The position numbers were made by a program, and so were the translations under genes. Source: Deinococcota bacterium (GTDB lineage: Bacteria; Deinococcota; Deinococci; Deinococcales; Thermaceae). Taken from it: DNA of 64,000 bases. This document shows, one piece after another, positions 29,629 through 40,537 of the stretch (position 1 is the first letter of the stretch; each line of letters begins with the position of its first letter). The stretch covers positions 1 to 64,000 of the forward strand of contig JBGFRI010000046.1 of assembly GCA_041695225.1 (NCBI GenBank), given 5' to 3'. The notes beneath the pieces were generated by a model. It saw only the letters and a list, made by a program, of their open reading frames with translations. It had not been told where the DNA came from and did not search any database.

Positions 29629-30225
29629 TTAACCCCGGCCAGAAAGCAGGCTGGCGCATGCTTGAATTGAACCGGCCTCCCGGGCTTTCTGCCACACCGC
29701 CCAGGTTCGGTGCTGGCCGTCCATCCAGCCCTCGGCCCAGGCCCGCAGGCTCAGACCCTCAGGTGGGTGTAGAAGTTCTCCTAGCTGCCAGTAGTGTTGG
29801 GGCCGACTTCCGCGACGCTCGGCTTCGGTGATGGTAAAACCCTCGACGAACACCAGGCCAGATTGCATCAGCCTGGGCGCCAGCTTTTCCATTAGCGGGC
29901 GGTGCAGAAAGTAAGAGATCACAATACCGGCAAACGGGCCAGGAGGAAGGCAGGGCTCGAGGGCTTCCAGATCGCTTTCCAGCGCCCAGATGTCGAGCTG
30001 CTGGCGAGCGGCCTCGCAGCGGACAAACTCGAGGGCCACCCTGCTCTGCTCGAGCAGTACCACCGGATGGCCCCGCCGGGCCAGATAAAAGGCGTTTCGC
30101 CCGGTGCCTCCGGCCAGGTCCAGCACTGGTCCCGCCGGCAAGTGATGAGCGAAGGCAGCCACCACCCCTGCTGGCTGGGTGATGGGAAGCTGGGTGCGGT
30201 AATGGGTGTCCCAATCTCTGGGCAT
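29629..30225 (-). CDS. Class I SAM-dependent methyltransferase (TehB-like)
   Basis: VLDLAGGTGRNA motif. Confidence 0.85.
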   Translation of the reverse strand: MPRDWDTHYRTQLPITQPAGVVAAFAHHLPAGPVLDLAGGTGRNAFYLARRGHPVVLLEQSRVALEFVRCEAARQQLDIWALESDLEALEPCLPPGPFAGIVISYFLHRPLMEKLAPRLMQSGLVFVEGFTITEAERRGSRPQHYWQLGELLHPPEGLSLRAWAEGWMDGQHRTWAVWQKAREAGSIQACASLLSGRG

Positions 30226-30242
30226 GTCAACAGCCTAAGATC

Positions 30243-31202
30243 TCAGGCCCAATAAAGATAACTGAGAGCAGCAGCCAGACCCTGTCGCCAGGTCATCCAG
30301 TTGTGGCCAGAGGGGCGCTCAAAGTAGGCATGGCGGTAGCCCTTGTCACAGAGCATGGCAGCAAAGCGCCGGTTAGAGGCCAGAAGCCACTCGAGCTGGC
30401 CGGTGTCACAGTAAAAGCGAAGGGGTAGGGTTTCTGACGCCTGGTACTGTTCGGTCAGCCATTCCGGGTCGGTGAAGCAGTTGCCGCCCTGGGGCGAGGC
30501 GGTCAGACAGGCCGACTGGGTGGCAACCTTTTGAAACAGCTCGGGGTGGCGTAGGGCCAGCCAGCCAGAGACCAGCCCGCCCAGGCTGGCTCCCATCAGC
30601 CCCCTTTCGGGTGTGGCACCATAGTGCGACTCGACGGCAGGAATAACCTCGTGTAAGAGGTGCTGTTCATAAACAGGGTTGAACCAGTACTCGCTCCGGC
30701 GGTCTTCCGGCTCGATGAAGACAATCCGTACAGGCCGAATCTGTCCCGACTCCAAAAGCCCCTGGGCCACTTCGGCCAGCCTGGCAGTGCGGTAATAGGC
30801 CACGCCATCGTGGGTGTAGAGGGTGGCCTGGGCGGGAGCGGTGGGGTTGTAGACGTGGTAGCGGCGGGTAGCACCAAAGGCTTTGGACTCCAGCCGGTGC
30901 CGGTGCACCTCGACCAGACGGGAGGGCTGGTGAGGGGCAGTGTAGTGAAAGCCAGGTAGCTCGATGGCCCTGGGATAGGTCCACCAGGGGTTCTGGGCCT
31001 TGTGGGGGTTGTCGGGGTCGGGAAAGGGCCTGCCTTCGGCATCCAGAAAGGCGTACTCGAGGTATGCCCCAGCGGGAAACTCGAGGGTCAGCGGCCCTTC
31101 AATCGGGATGGGCTTTCTGTCCCAGTCGGTAAAGTCGCCTACCAGATATCTGGCCTCTTTGGGGGGGTGAAAAGTGACCGAGCGGGCATGCACTTCGACC
31201 AT
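30243..31202 (-). CDS. Alpha/beta-hydrolase esterase with N-terminal CBM48-like domain
   Basis: VGDFTDW, PDPDNP, GASLGG nucleophile elbow, GHNW. Confidence 0.85.
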   Translation of the reverse strand: MVEVHARSVTFHPPKEARYLVGDFTDWDRKPIPIEGPLTLEFPAGAYLEYAFLDAEGRPFPDPDNPHKAQNPWWTYPRAIELPGFHYTAPHQPSRLVEVHRHRLESKAFGATRRYHVYNPTAPAQATLYTHDGVAYYRTARLAEVAQGLLESGQIRPVRIVFIEPEDRRSEYWFNPVYEQHLLHEVIPAVESHYGATPERGLMGASLGGLVSGWLALRHPELFQKVATQSACLTASPQGGNCFTDPEWLTEQYQASETLPLRFYCDTGQLEWLLASNRRFAAMLCDKGYRHAYFERPSGHNWMTWRQGLAAALSYLYWA

Positions 31203-31352
31203 ACCCCACTACCTTAACCTATCGGGCAGAGGATAGCAGGAATGATTACCTTGCACGGCCTGCATTCCGGAGTCAATTGTGAGCCACGGCATTTCTGCCT
31301 GGAAGCAGGCTAGGTCTTGGAGCGCTAAAAATCTAGGTGAGACCCGTAGCCT

Positions 31353-31413
31353 GGTCAAGGTCAAAGGTCGAGGGTCTGTAGTCGAAGGTCGAAGGTCAAA
31401 GGTCGAAGGGTCA
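31353..31413. repeat. Heptamer tandem array (GGTCGAA)
   Basis: About 8 imperfect ggtcaaa/ggtcgaa units. Confidence 0.8.
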
Positions 31414-31472
31414 AACATCAGAAGTTACGTGCGCCAGACCACCAGGCCACAGACCGAGGCGTGGAATAAGTA

Positions 31473-31554
31473 GTCTGGGTCGAAAGTTCAGTAACGTATT
31501 TCATAATTGCCCCACCACTTGGGTCTGGGCTGGAAAGCCAAGAACTATTGGTCA
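31473..31554. repeat. Dispersed element, copy C
   Basis: GTCTGGGTCGAAAGTTCAGTAACGTATT..GCTGGAAAGCCAAGAACTATTGGTCA. Confidence 0.75.
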
Positions 31555-31666
31555 ATGCAATAATGGCATCGGCCACCAAGCCTGTCGGCCTTGAACCCTC
31601 TGGGTCAGGCCCGCGATGCCGCTCTTGTACAGGGTGGGAAGTATAAGAACCAGGTAAATTGACCGA

Positions 31667-31933
31667 TCAGAAGATCTGAAACCCCTTGAGATGGGCGGCC
31701 TCGCTCCACTGCACATCCACCTGGTGCACCCTGGCGCCCCTGGGACCCTGGCGCAGATGATGAATGAGTTGTTCCAGATCGGCCCTGTCGCCCTCGGCTA
31801 CCACTTCTACCCGCCCATCCGGGAGGTTTTCGACATAGCCGGCCAGGTCCAGCTCAGAGGCTTTTTTGCGGGTGAAGTGGCGGTAACCCACCCCCTGCAC
31901 CTGCCCACTAACCAGCACGGTAATTCGCTGCAC
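31667..31933 (-). CDS. acyP: Acylphosphatase
   Basis: [23 protein letters not shown]. Confidence 0.95.
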   Translation of the reverse strand: MQRITVLVSGQVQGVGYRHFTRKKASELDLAGYVENLPDGRVEVVAEGDRADLEQLIHHLRQGPRGARVHQVDVQWSEAAHLKGFQIF

Positions 31934-32170
31934 CCATTCAATCTACAACAGGTTATTGCCCTGGTTGCCTGGTATGTATGCCCGCGCAGCCTCACAAGGC
32001 GGTGGCTCTCGGATTGCAGGCCAGACAGGTTTGCCGCATAAGCCTTCCGGGCCAGGGCCGGGCTCATTTTGTACCGGGACTAAAGTCAGACGTACAAAAA
32101 CCAGGTTTGATTGGCTCTCGATGGGTTTTTTCCTAGATTCCCCTCAGAGTTGTGGGCTACACTGAGCAAT

Positions 32171-35100
32171 GTGTGGCTATGGCGCTGGGTTCCGGTATTT
32201 TTGCTCCTGCTGCTGGCGGGACTCCCGGCGTTTCCTCCACTGATTAACCTGGTCTTGCAGGAAGGGCTAAGGGCGGCTGGTATCAGCGGGCAGTGGCAGG
32301 CAGTGGGGGGCTACCTGCTTGGCGGTATCGAGTTGCGTGGGGCCAGACTTGAAGGCACTGGATTCAGGGTCGAAGCCCAGCGACTGCGCGTAGGGTACAA
32401 CCTGCTAAGCTTGCAGCGCCGTGAACTGCCTCTGCGGATATTGCTCGAAGAGGGTCATGCCTATTTACGGTGGGAAGCCATCATCCCCGAACAACGCCCG
32501 CCTGCGGCGCCGTTGCCCATCGGGTTGCGGGTAGACGAACTGGCGCTAAAGAACGTGAGCGTACAGATTGAAGAGAGTCAGAAGTTTGTCCTGCCTACCC
32601 TGCGGGCTACGGTGCGCGGCAGCGGCCCCTACCAGGTTGAAGTAAAGCTTCCCGACGGAAAACTCAGTGCTACAGTGAGCCGCACCGGTCGGGAGTTTGA
32701 GTCCTGGCAGATTGAGGCCAGGGGCGATTTGCGGGCGGCACGCTACTGGTTTGATGGTTTTGAGTCTGGCCGGCTTCAGGGTACCTGGACCATTGGCCCC
32801 GGGGTAAAGAATGGCATTCAGGGCAGGAACCAGATCAAAGACGCTACCGTCAATATAGCCGGATTTACGCTCAGTGACATTTTTGGCAGCGCCGATTTTG
32901 ATGGGCGGCTGCTTACCGCCAACCTGATGGGCCGTGGTCTGGACGGCCCCCTAAAAAGCTCGGCCACGGTGGATCTGCAAAACCAGGAGTACCGCTTTCG
33001 GCTAGAAGCAAACCCTACTCTGAAGGCCCTGGCGGAAAATTTTGGCCTGCAACTGCCAGTGAGCGGGGGAGGGCCGCTGGTGCTGGAGGGCCGTGGCTGG
33101 CAAAATATGGTGATTAGCGGGCGATACAGTGGCGAGGGACGCCTGCTGGACCAGCCCCTTACCTACGAGGGCACACTGGCCTTCGACCAGACATTTAGCC
33201 TTGATACTGTGGTGGACGGGGCTTTTTTCGACCGGACCTATCAGGCTGCTGTAGCCCTGCGCAATACCGATGAGTACACCGTTACGCTGCGGGACTCTTT
33301 ACGCAGTAGCCTGCAGCTGAGGGGAAAGGGCGCGAGCACCCAGGCCGAAGGTACGCTGGTCTGGCCGCGCCCCCTGCAAGGAGAGGCCAGGTTGAAGTTT
33401 GCCAGTACCGGGCCGGAATGGAGCCTGGGGGTGGAGTCAGAAAGTGTCGGTCTACCTACCGCCAGACCCTTCAGCCTGTCCGGTGGCCTGCAAGGCCGGG
33501 GTTCTGCGGTACAGGGCCAGCTTGGGGCAGTGAACCTTAGCGGAACCTGGGAGGACCTGCAGCTACAGCTTTCGGGCCTGGGGATGCTGGTGGGTCAGCT
33601 TAGCGGACGGGCCAGATTAGATGCAGGGCGGTTTAGCGGTGAGTTCAGCTATGATTCGCCCTACACTCGCTTTCCCATTAAAGTCCGGCAGGACGGCCCA
33701 GCCTGGCGGCTTTTTAACCAGTGGGCCGATGGGGTGTTTCGCGACGGCGTTTTCACCCTGGGGGTACGTGCGCTGCCCCTGCAAATCGTGGAAGATTTTG
33801 AGCTTTCGGGCGATCTGCGCTACGGCGAGGGCGGGCTTTCGGGCAGCTGGAACTTGCAGAGTGAACGGGTGAGCCTGGAGGGCGAGCTGTTTGACCTGGC
33901 TACGCGCTTCGGGGGCGAAGTGCGCTCTCCCTTCCGTGTTTTGCCGCTTAGCGGCACCGCTGACAGCACGGGACTACAGGCCAGGCTCGATACCCTAAGT
34001 ATTACCGCAGATGCGGCCAGAGGGCTATGGTTGCGTGGGCCGCTGGACCTCGGCCAGCAGATTCGCCTGGAGTCGAACCTGGGCGTGCAGGACTCAGTCT
34101 ACCAGGGGGAGCTGCGCTTTGATTCACCGTGGCTGAGAGGAGCTGTGCAGGGTCGCAACACTATGCTCTGGGCCACCCTCGATGGCTGGGCCCAGCTTTC
34201 GGGCCCGGTCTGGCCCAACACCGCCCTTAGCGGACAACTGACCCTGCCGCTATCCGGTGCGGTGGAGGTACCCGCTCTGCCGCTGCAGGTGAGCCGCACC
34301 CAGGTGAGCTGGCCCGGTGGGCGGGTGGAACTGAAGGCCGGGCTTCCCTTTGCAGGCGCCTTGCCGCTGCGGGTCAATCAGGAACCCGGCAGCCTGAGGG
34401 CAAGCGGTAACATCGAGCGCGGAAGCCTCGAGCTGCACACCCCCTTCGGCACGGTAAACGGCGAGGGTGCCTGGCGCGATCTGGCCGTGCGAGGCAGTCT
34501 GGGTTTTGCCGGGTATACCGGCGAACTGCGGGGTAGAGCCGATCTCTTTGGTCTGGCCTACCAGGGGCGGCTGGACATCCCCAGGCTTCAGGGTGGGCTT
34601 CAGTTCAAAGGCCGCAGCACCAGTCTGGGTTTTTCTGGGCAGTTTCAGGATGGCCGCCTGACCCTCGAGGGTGATTATCGCCTGCAGGTAGACTCCCTTG
34701 CAGAGCAGGACGACCCCTTGCGCCTGCTGGAAGGACTGCGCCTGCGGCTGGCCGCAAACAATTACGATCTGTCCGGCTGGGGCGTGCCGGGAGCCCTGAG
34801 CGGAAACTGGTCCGAGCGCGGCGGGCGCCTTAGCCTGGATACGCCTTATGGACAGGCCCAGATTAGTGGCCATAGCTTGCTGGGGCCGGTTAGCCTGGAA
34901 GCCCAGAGCCCTTATGGCACGCTACGGGGCGTGCTCAGTCGCGAAGCCGTTGTCTTGCGGGGCGTTTTGCAGCTACCTTATCTGAGCGGTACGGTTGATG
35001 TCTCTGGCCCTTGGAATAACCTCGAGGCCAGAGGCCAGGGCCGCTACGCCTTACCGTATCTAAAGCCCCTACCCTGGCAGCTCAGCGCCAACCTGAACGA

Positions 35101-38100
35101 ACAGACCTGGAAGCTGGAAGGGCCGCTAGAGCTTCAGGGTAAGGGAGTGTCTTACTCGGGCCGGGTGAACTGGCCCTACCAGGTGATGGAGCGTTCCGGG
35201 GTTCTGGAGGGCAGTCTGGAAGGTCAGAGCCTGCGGCTACAAGCGAGCCTTGACACTACATTTGACGGGCTTCCCCTTAGCGCTGCAATTCGGGCCGACG
35301 GGGCCGATCCAGACCTTTTACGCGCCACCATCACCACGCCCGGGGGCCAGATACAGGTCGCTCGACAGCAGGCGGTATTTGACCTTGAGACCGCACCGCT
35401 GGCCCGCGTCTTTGGCGCCGATGTGCAGGGTCGTGTGAGCGGAAACCTCGATCTGCAGGCCCGTGGTGAGGTGACGGGTCAGTTGCTGGTCTTTGGTCAG
35501 CAGGTTGCGCTGGACTACCGCGACCGTTCACTATCGGCTTTTTTGCCGCAGCGCCAGGCCGGGGTGGTGCTAGTGTTCGAGCCGGGCCGTGACCCCAGGG
35601 TGCTGGGCGCGGGTGAACTCGAAGGCGAGATCTCCTTGGGCCAGCAGCTTCAGGGCTGGCTCTCCTACCAGGCGCAAGACCTGAACCTGAGGGCCCAGAT
35701 TAGCGGCTCCCGCCTGCGGCCCGAGTTTCGGCTTCAGGCCAGTACCCCTATGGCCCAGATAGCCGCGCAGGGTAACTATGCTATTGAGCAGGGCCGAGGG
35801 CAGGCCCAGCTTCAGCTTCAGAGTGAGTACGCCAGGGCCAGTCTGGAGCTTTCCAGCCTTGGCAGCACTTTCCAGGCCCATGGGTCTTTGGAAAGCCTGC
35901 AGTACTTTCGCCAGTCTGGTCCCGTGCGTCTGTCGGGCGAGGGGTCTCGATGGAGGCTGTCCTGGGCCGCGCCCATGCGCATAGAAGCCCAGGGACAGGC
36001 CACCAGTCTGGAAAATGTGCGCCTGGCCGGACGCGGCAGCCTGGAGGTGGGGGAGCGTAGCTTTGCCCTGTCGGGCAGCATGTCCCTGCTGGGCGAGACT
36101 TTTGAGGGGCAGATGCAGGTAAAGGGGGAGCAGACCGACCTGGAGCTTCTGGGGCAGAACCAGACCTTACTAGCCCGTGGAACTGTCTATGAGGCCCAGA
36201 TTGTGGCCCGCACCAGCCGCCGCGGAGATCTGAGCGGTCAGGTTAGCTATGCCCGCACCCTGGGGGCCAGCACCCTGAAAGCCAGTGGAACCCTGGCCGG
36301 AACCCTGTTCGAGCCGGAGCTGTCGGGCCAGGGCACCCTGAGCGGGCGCGGGGCCGAGGTAGCGCTGCGTTTTGGTTATCAGGATCAGCTCTGGGCCGAA
36401 GCCACGGGTGCTGGGCTTTCGGCCAGCTTTGCCCAGGGGGTGGTCAGGCTTGCCATTGACAGCGATCTGGAGCCCTTTGTGGGGCTGCCCATTCGCCTAC
36501 AGACCAAGGGTGAAGGGGCCTGGGAAACCCTGCGGCTGCCGCTGGTCTTGCGCGGGCCCAACCTCGATGCTACCGGCTCGGCTTTTCCGGCCAGGCTACA
36601 GGCCCAGATTGCCGGGCGCTACGAGAAACAACGCTTTGACCTTAATTTTGACCAGCAGCTAGAGCTGCGCCTGGATGGCCCCTATGCTACCGGTACTGTC
36701 AGGTGGCTGGGCTACGCACCCAGCGGATCGCTGCTGCTCGACCTCCCGCTGCCTGGCGGGCGTCTGGTGGGGCAGGCCAGCCTGGATCAAGGCCGGGTGG
36801 AGCTCGAGGGCCGCGAGGGCTGGCAGGGCAGTCTGCGCGCGATGCTGCGCGAGGGCTGGCGCCAGCCCACCCGCTGGCAGCTCGAGGCTACCCTTCATGG
36901 CCAGCTGGGTGATACCCGCACCTCTGGCGGTGCATCCTCTACTTTGCAACAGACCGGCCTGCGCGCACCCGATAGCCTGGGTCTGCAAGGCCGCTTCGAA
37001 CTCGACGCCTCGCCACTAGTCTTGCGGGGCAGCGCTCAGGTGTTGCTGCCGGAATGGGGGGCGGTGCAGCTTAGCGCCCAGGGCAGCGAAATTGACCTGC
37101 GGGGTCTGGCCGAGCTGGCCCCCTTGAGCGGGCGTGTGCGGCTCAACCCCTTCCAGGTCGCCTGGTCATACAACGGTGAGTTGCCGCACGGCCTGGGCAG
37201 TCTTCAGGCCCGGGGAACCTATCCCGGCCGGTGGATGGTTGGGGGGTACCAGCTGGCAGGCCAGACCGTCAGCCTCGAGGGCCAGGGCGACGAGCTGCGC
37301 CTGAGCGCGCCCGGGCTCGAGTCAACCCTCACCCTAAAGGGAGTCCAGGCCCGGCTGGAGAACTACAACCTGGGTGGCCTTCGCCTCAGCGGCGTTGTGG
37401 CGGGACAATGGAACGCGCTCCAGACTACCCTGGGCTGGGAAGCCTTTGGCCGCAAGGGCCAGGTGGAAGCAGCCTGGCGACAGAACCAACTCCAGGCCAG
37501 CCTCCGAGGTGATCTGGCCGGCTCGCTTGCCTTCGACCAGACCTGGTCGGGTCAACTCGACTTCCGCGAAGGCAGTCTGCGCCTGTCCGGCACCGGGATT
37601 CCGGTAGTGGAGGGCGAGGTTTTGGGGCTGGCCCTGCGGCTGCGCTATCCGCTCCTGCAGGTGGCATCTGTCCCGGAGGGCCCCGGCCAGCCCAACCCCA
37701 GCATGACCATCAACCTTTCCGAGCGTAGCGCGACGGGCGGCCTAACCCTGCGCGGGGTAGAGGTGCGCGGCCAGGGGTCAGAGCTAAAGGCGGTCTACCC
37801 CTTTGCCGGGGGCCGTCTGGTCTCGGGCATTGACCTGCAAACCCTTGCGGTGCGCCTGGCAGCGCCTGAGCTGGGGCCCGGTGAGCTACGCTTTCATCAG
37901 GGCCAGCTTAGCGGTCGGCTCGATGTGCTGGCCTACGGGCTGGACCTGCGCCTGGAGGGTGCGGGTGACCAGGCCCGGCTTCGCATGGTTCATCCCGAGA
38001 CCGCCTGGCTGCCCTGGAAAAGTGGGGTTTTGCAGGGGCAGCTTGGCCTGGACGGAAGCTGGCAGCTGGTCTACCGCGATGCCCAGGAGAAACAGCAGAT

Positions 38101-40537
38101 CGAAGCGGCAGGGCACCTGCTTGCGGCCCGGCTAAACGCCAGCGGACCCTGGCTTCAGGGCCAGATGGTTCACTCAGCCCCAGCAGGTCAGAGCGACTGG
38201 CAGGGGAGCCTGAAAGCCAGTATGCCGCTGGAGCCGCTGGCTAGCCGCCTGCAGACGACCATTACCGGCAACGGAGCCCTGGCAGCCAAAGGCAGCTTGA
38301 GCGGTGACCTGGGCCGCCTGGAACTTGAGGCTAGCCTGACCCCGGATGGCCCGCGGGCCCGGGCCGGTTTTAGCGACCTCTTGCTCGAGGAGATCCCCCA
38401 GGTGGCTAACCTGTTGCCTTTTGTGGCCGGGCGGGCCAGTGGAACGGTTGAGTACAGTGGGGGGAAGATTGAGTACAGCCTCTTTAGCCCGGCGCTGCAG
38501 GTAAAAGGCGACGATCTGGCACTGGCCACACGTCTGGAGGGCTCGTTTAGCAACAACCAGCTGCGCGCAAACCTCAGCTTCGAACGCGCCAGCAGCCAGG
38601 GAGCGCTGGGCCAGAACGGCGCCCTGGGTTTCCAGCGCACCACGGCCAGCATAAAGTTAGAAAATGGTATCCTGAGTGGGGAAGCCAACGCGGCTGCCTT
38701 TCCACTACACTGGTTGTTTTCTACCTGGGCCGGCGACCTGGCTGGGCAGGCTTTCTGGACGGGCAAGACCAGCTTTAGCATCAATACCCGCGACCCCTGG
38801 GCCTCCCGGGGCATCTGGGTGGGAGAGTATCTGCGCTTCCAGGGCGGGGGCGATACCCTGGTGGGTAGGGCGGCTTTGCGCTTTGAGCGGGAGCGGTTGT
38901 ACATAGACCAGCTTGGACTCTCGGGCAAAGGCAGCTGGAGCGGCAGCGGCTTTTTGGGGCGGCAGGGAAGCAACCTGCGGCTGGATCTGGAAAATACCTC
39001 CTTTACCCCGGTATTGCAGGTGATTCCCAACCTTAAGCCCCTTACCCCCGAGGCCAGTGGAACCCTGCGGCTAGCCGCCAGCGGACAGGTTCTTGACCTG
39101 ACCCTGGAAAACTTTGGCTTCAGACTGGGGCCGGTACGGGCCGAGACGCCTAAAGCGGTGTTGCGGGTGGGTGAGACTGCCAGCGCAGAGGGGCGTATCA
39201 AACTTACCGCACCCTTCCCTGCCGAAGCCCAGCTCTCCGGCGAAGGCAACCTTAGCAACTTTACCGTGCGGGCCAGGGGTCAGGCCAATTTACCGCTTCT
39301 GAGCCCCGACGAACCCTTCAATCTAAGTTTCAACTACCCGGCCTTCACGGTGGATGCTGCCCTACAAAGGCAAGACGCTCGGCTGTTTGGCACAATCTTT
39401 CCCCAGCTAGTCCTGACGCTGGTAGGAGAGGTTCCGGTTAGCTATCCCCGCTTTTTCCTGTTGGACGGATTACTTGATACCAACCTGATTCTGCGGTACC
39501 AGCGCGGGGCCTATATTGTGCAGGGCTCCGCCGAGGTGATACGGGCGCGGCTGGGTTTTCCCCAGGGGCAGCGCGAGCTCAGTATCGCGGTTCCTCCCGA
39601 GCCGGGAGCCCGTGCGGCCAATCAGATGCCGGTAGAGTTTAACAACGTGCGCATCAGGGCCGAGCGCGGGGTTTTGATCCAGGAGGCCCTGGCACAGGGC
39701 GAGCTGGCTGGCGAAGTTTTTCTCAGTGGCGATTTTGCCAACCCCTTCCTTTCCGGCGAGGTGGTGCCACTGCGGGGCAGCTTCAGGCTCTGGGACCGCG
39801 ACTTTACCATCCGGGATCGCCTACCCGGCGAGCGAAGCTATGCCCGCTTTAGCCCTGCGGCCGGCATCTTACCCGAACTGCAGATTGTTGCCGACACCGT
39901 GGTGATAGACCGGGGCCAGGATAACCGCCGGATACAGGTCAACCTGACCCTAAAGGGTGCCTTTGTCCGACAGAATGATCGGATAAGGGTCAACCTCACA
40001 CCCAGCTTTGTCGCCCGATTTAATAACGAGATCGCCCACAGGGATGACGGGCAGCCCTATACCGATGCCGATGTATATGCCTTGTTGCTGCTGGGCCGCT
40101 CCGACCTCTCGGCGCTGCCTGCCGATATTGCCCAGACCGGCCTGCAGGCAGTGCAGAGCTTTATCGTGGGTCAGCTCGAGCGGGAGCTGGCGCAGGCCCT
40201 AGGACTGGACCAGGTCAGGGTGGAGATTCCCGCGCTCAATGGCGGCGCCATCGCGGAGACCCGCTTCACCATTGGGCGCTACCTTTTGCCAGAGCTGTTT
40301 TTCGCCTATACGGTGGATTTGCGCGGCTACCAAACGGTCTTTGCTGAATTTCAGCAGGGTGACTACCGCCTGCGTTTTAGCAGTGAAGTTTTTCCCAGGC
40401 CTCGGCCCGAGCTCTCCATCGGCTATGCCATCCGGCCGCTAGGGGCCGACCTCACCTTCGAGATCGCTACCGGCCTGGGGGACGGCTTCCGCACCGATGG
40501 GGTCAGGTTCGGTCTGGGCCTCACCTTCCGTTACTAA
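32171..40537 (+). CDS. tamB: Translocation/assembly module TamB (AsmA-like) giant protein
   Basis: About 2790 aa of Gly/Leu beta-strand repeats, N-terminal TM anchor, C-terminal DUF490-like region; GTG 32171 preceded by TACACT. Confidence 0.85.
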   Translation: MWLWRWVPVFLLLLLAGLPAFPPLINLVLQEGLRAAGISGQWQAVGGYLLGGIELRGARLEGTGFRVEAQRLRVGYNLLSLQRRELPLRILLEEGHAYLRWEAIIPEQRPPAAPLPIGLRVDELALKNVSVQIEESQKFVLPTLRATVRGSGPYQVEVKLPDGKLSATVSRTGREFESWQIEARGDLRAARYWFDGFESGRLQGTWTIGPGVKNGIQGRNQIKDATVNIAGFTLSDIFGSADFDGRLLTANLMGRGLDGPLKSSATVDLQNQEYRFRLEANPTLKALAENFGLQLPVSGGGPLVLEGRGWQNMVISGRYSGEGRLLDQPLTYEGTLAFDQTFSLDTVVDGAFFDRTYQAAVALRNTDEYTVTLRDSLRSSLQLRGKGASTQAEGTLVWPRPLQGEARLKFASTGPEWSLGVESESVGLPTARPFSLSGGLQGRGSAVQGQLGAVNLSGTWEDLQLQLSGLGMLVGQLSGRARLDAGRFSGEFSYDSPYTRFPIKVRQDGPAWRLFNQWADGVFRDGVFTLGVRALPLQIVEDFELSGDLRYGEGGLSGSWNLQSERVSLEGELFDLATRFGGEVRSPFRVLPLSGTADSTGLQARLDTLSITADAARGLWLRGPLDLGQQIRLESNLGVQDSVYQGELRFDSPWLRGAVQGRNTMLWATLDGWAQLSGPVWPNTALSGQLTLPLSGAVEVPALPLQVSRTQVSWPGGRVELKAGLPFAGALPLRVNQEPGSLRASGNIERGSLELHTPFGTVNGEGAWRDLAVRGSLGFAGYTGELRGRADLFGLAYQGRLDIPRLQGGLQFKGRSTSLGFSGQFQDGRLTLEGDYRLQVDSLAEQDDPLRLLEGLRLRLAANNYDLSGWGVPGALSGNWSERGGRLSLDTPYGQAQISGHSLLGPVSLEAQSPYGTLRGVLSREAVVLRGVLQLPYLSGTVDVSGPWNNLEARGQGRYALPYLKPLPWQLSANLNEQTWKLEGPLELQGKGVSYSGRVNWPYQVMERSGVLEGSLEGQSLRLQASLDTTFDGLPLSAAIRADGADPDLLRATITTPGGQIQVARQQAVFDLETAPLARVFGADVQGRVSGNLDLQARGEVTGQLLVFGQQVALDYRDRSLSAFLPQRQAGVVLVFEPGRDPRVLGAGELEGEISLGQQLQGWLSYQAQDLNLRAQISGSRLRPEFRLQASTPMAQIAAQGNYAIEQGRGQAQLQLQSEYARASLELSSLGSTFQAHGSLESLQYFRQSGPVRLSGEGSRWRLSWAAPMRIEAQGQATSLENVRLAGRGSLEVGERSFALSGSMSLLGETFEGQMQVKGEQTDLELLGQNQTLLARGTVYEAQIVARTSRRGDLSGQVSYARTLGASTLKASGTLAGTLFEPELSGQGTLSGRGAEVALRFGYQDQLWAEATGAGLSASFAQGVVRLAIDSDLEPFVGLPIRLQTKGEGAWETLRLPLVLRGPNLDATGSAFPARLQAQIAGRYEKQRFDLNFDQQLELRLDGPYATGTVRWLGYAPSGSLLLDLPLPGGRLVGQASLDQGRVELEGREGWQGSLRAMLREGWRQPTRWQLEATLHGQLGDTRTSGGASSTLQQTGLRAPDSLGLQGRFELDASPLVLRGSAQVLLPEWGAVQLSAQGSEIDLRGLAELAPLSGRVRLNPFQVAWSYNGELPHGLGSLQARGTYPGRWMVGGYQLAGQTVSLEGQGDELRLSAPGLESTLTLKGVQARLENYNLGGLRLSGVVAGQWNALQTTLGWEAFGRKGQVEAAWRQNQLQASLRGDLAGSLAFDQTWSGQLDFREGSLRLSGTGIPVVEGEVLGLALRLRYPLLQVASVPEGPGQPNPSMTINLSERSATGGLTLRGVEVRGQGSELKAVYPFAGGRLVSGIDLQTLAVRLAAPELGPGELRFHQGQLSGRLDVLAYGLDLRLEGAGDQARLRMVHPETAWLPWKSGVLQGQLGLDGSWQLVYRDAQEKQQIEAAGHLLAARLNASGPWLQGQMVHSAPAGQSDWQGSLKASMPLEPLASRLQTTITGNGALAAKGSLSGDLGRLELEASLTPDGPRARAGFSDLLLEEIPQVANLLPFVAGRASGTVEYSGGKIEYSLFSPALQVKGDDLALATRLEGSFSNNQLRANLSFERASSQGALGQNGALGFQRTTASIKLENGILSGEANAAAFPLHWLFSTWAGDLAGQAFWTGKTSFSINTRDPWASRGIWVGEYLRFQGGGDTLVGRAALRFERERLYIDQLGLSGKGSWSGSGFLGRQGSNLRLDLENTSFTPVLQVIPNLKPLTPEASGTLRLAASGQVLDLTLENFGFRLGPVRAETPKAVLRVGETASAEGRIKLTAPFPAEAQLSGEGNLSNFTVRARGQANLPLLSPDEPFNLSFNYPAFTVDAALQRQDARLFGTIFPQLVLTLVGEVPVSYPRFFLLDGLLDTNLILRYQRGAYIVQGSAEVIRARLGFPQGQRELSIAVPPEPGARAANQMPVEFNNVRIRAERGVLIQEALAQGELAGEVFLSGDFANPFLSGEVVPLRGSFRLWDRDFTIRDRLPGERSYARFSPAAGILPELQIVADTVVIDRGQDNRRIQVNLTLKGAFVRQNDRIRVNLTPSFVARFNNEIAHRDDGQPYTDADVYALLLLGRSDLSALPADIAQTGLQAVQSFIVGQLERELAQALGLDQVRVEIPALNGGAIAETRFTIGRYLLPELFFAYTVDLRGYQTVFAEFQQGDYRLRFSSEVFPRPRPELSIGYAIRPLGADLTFEIATGLGDGFRTDGVRFGLGLTFRY

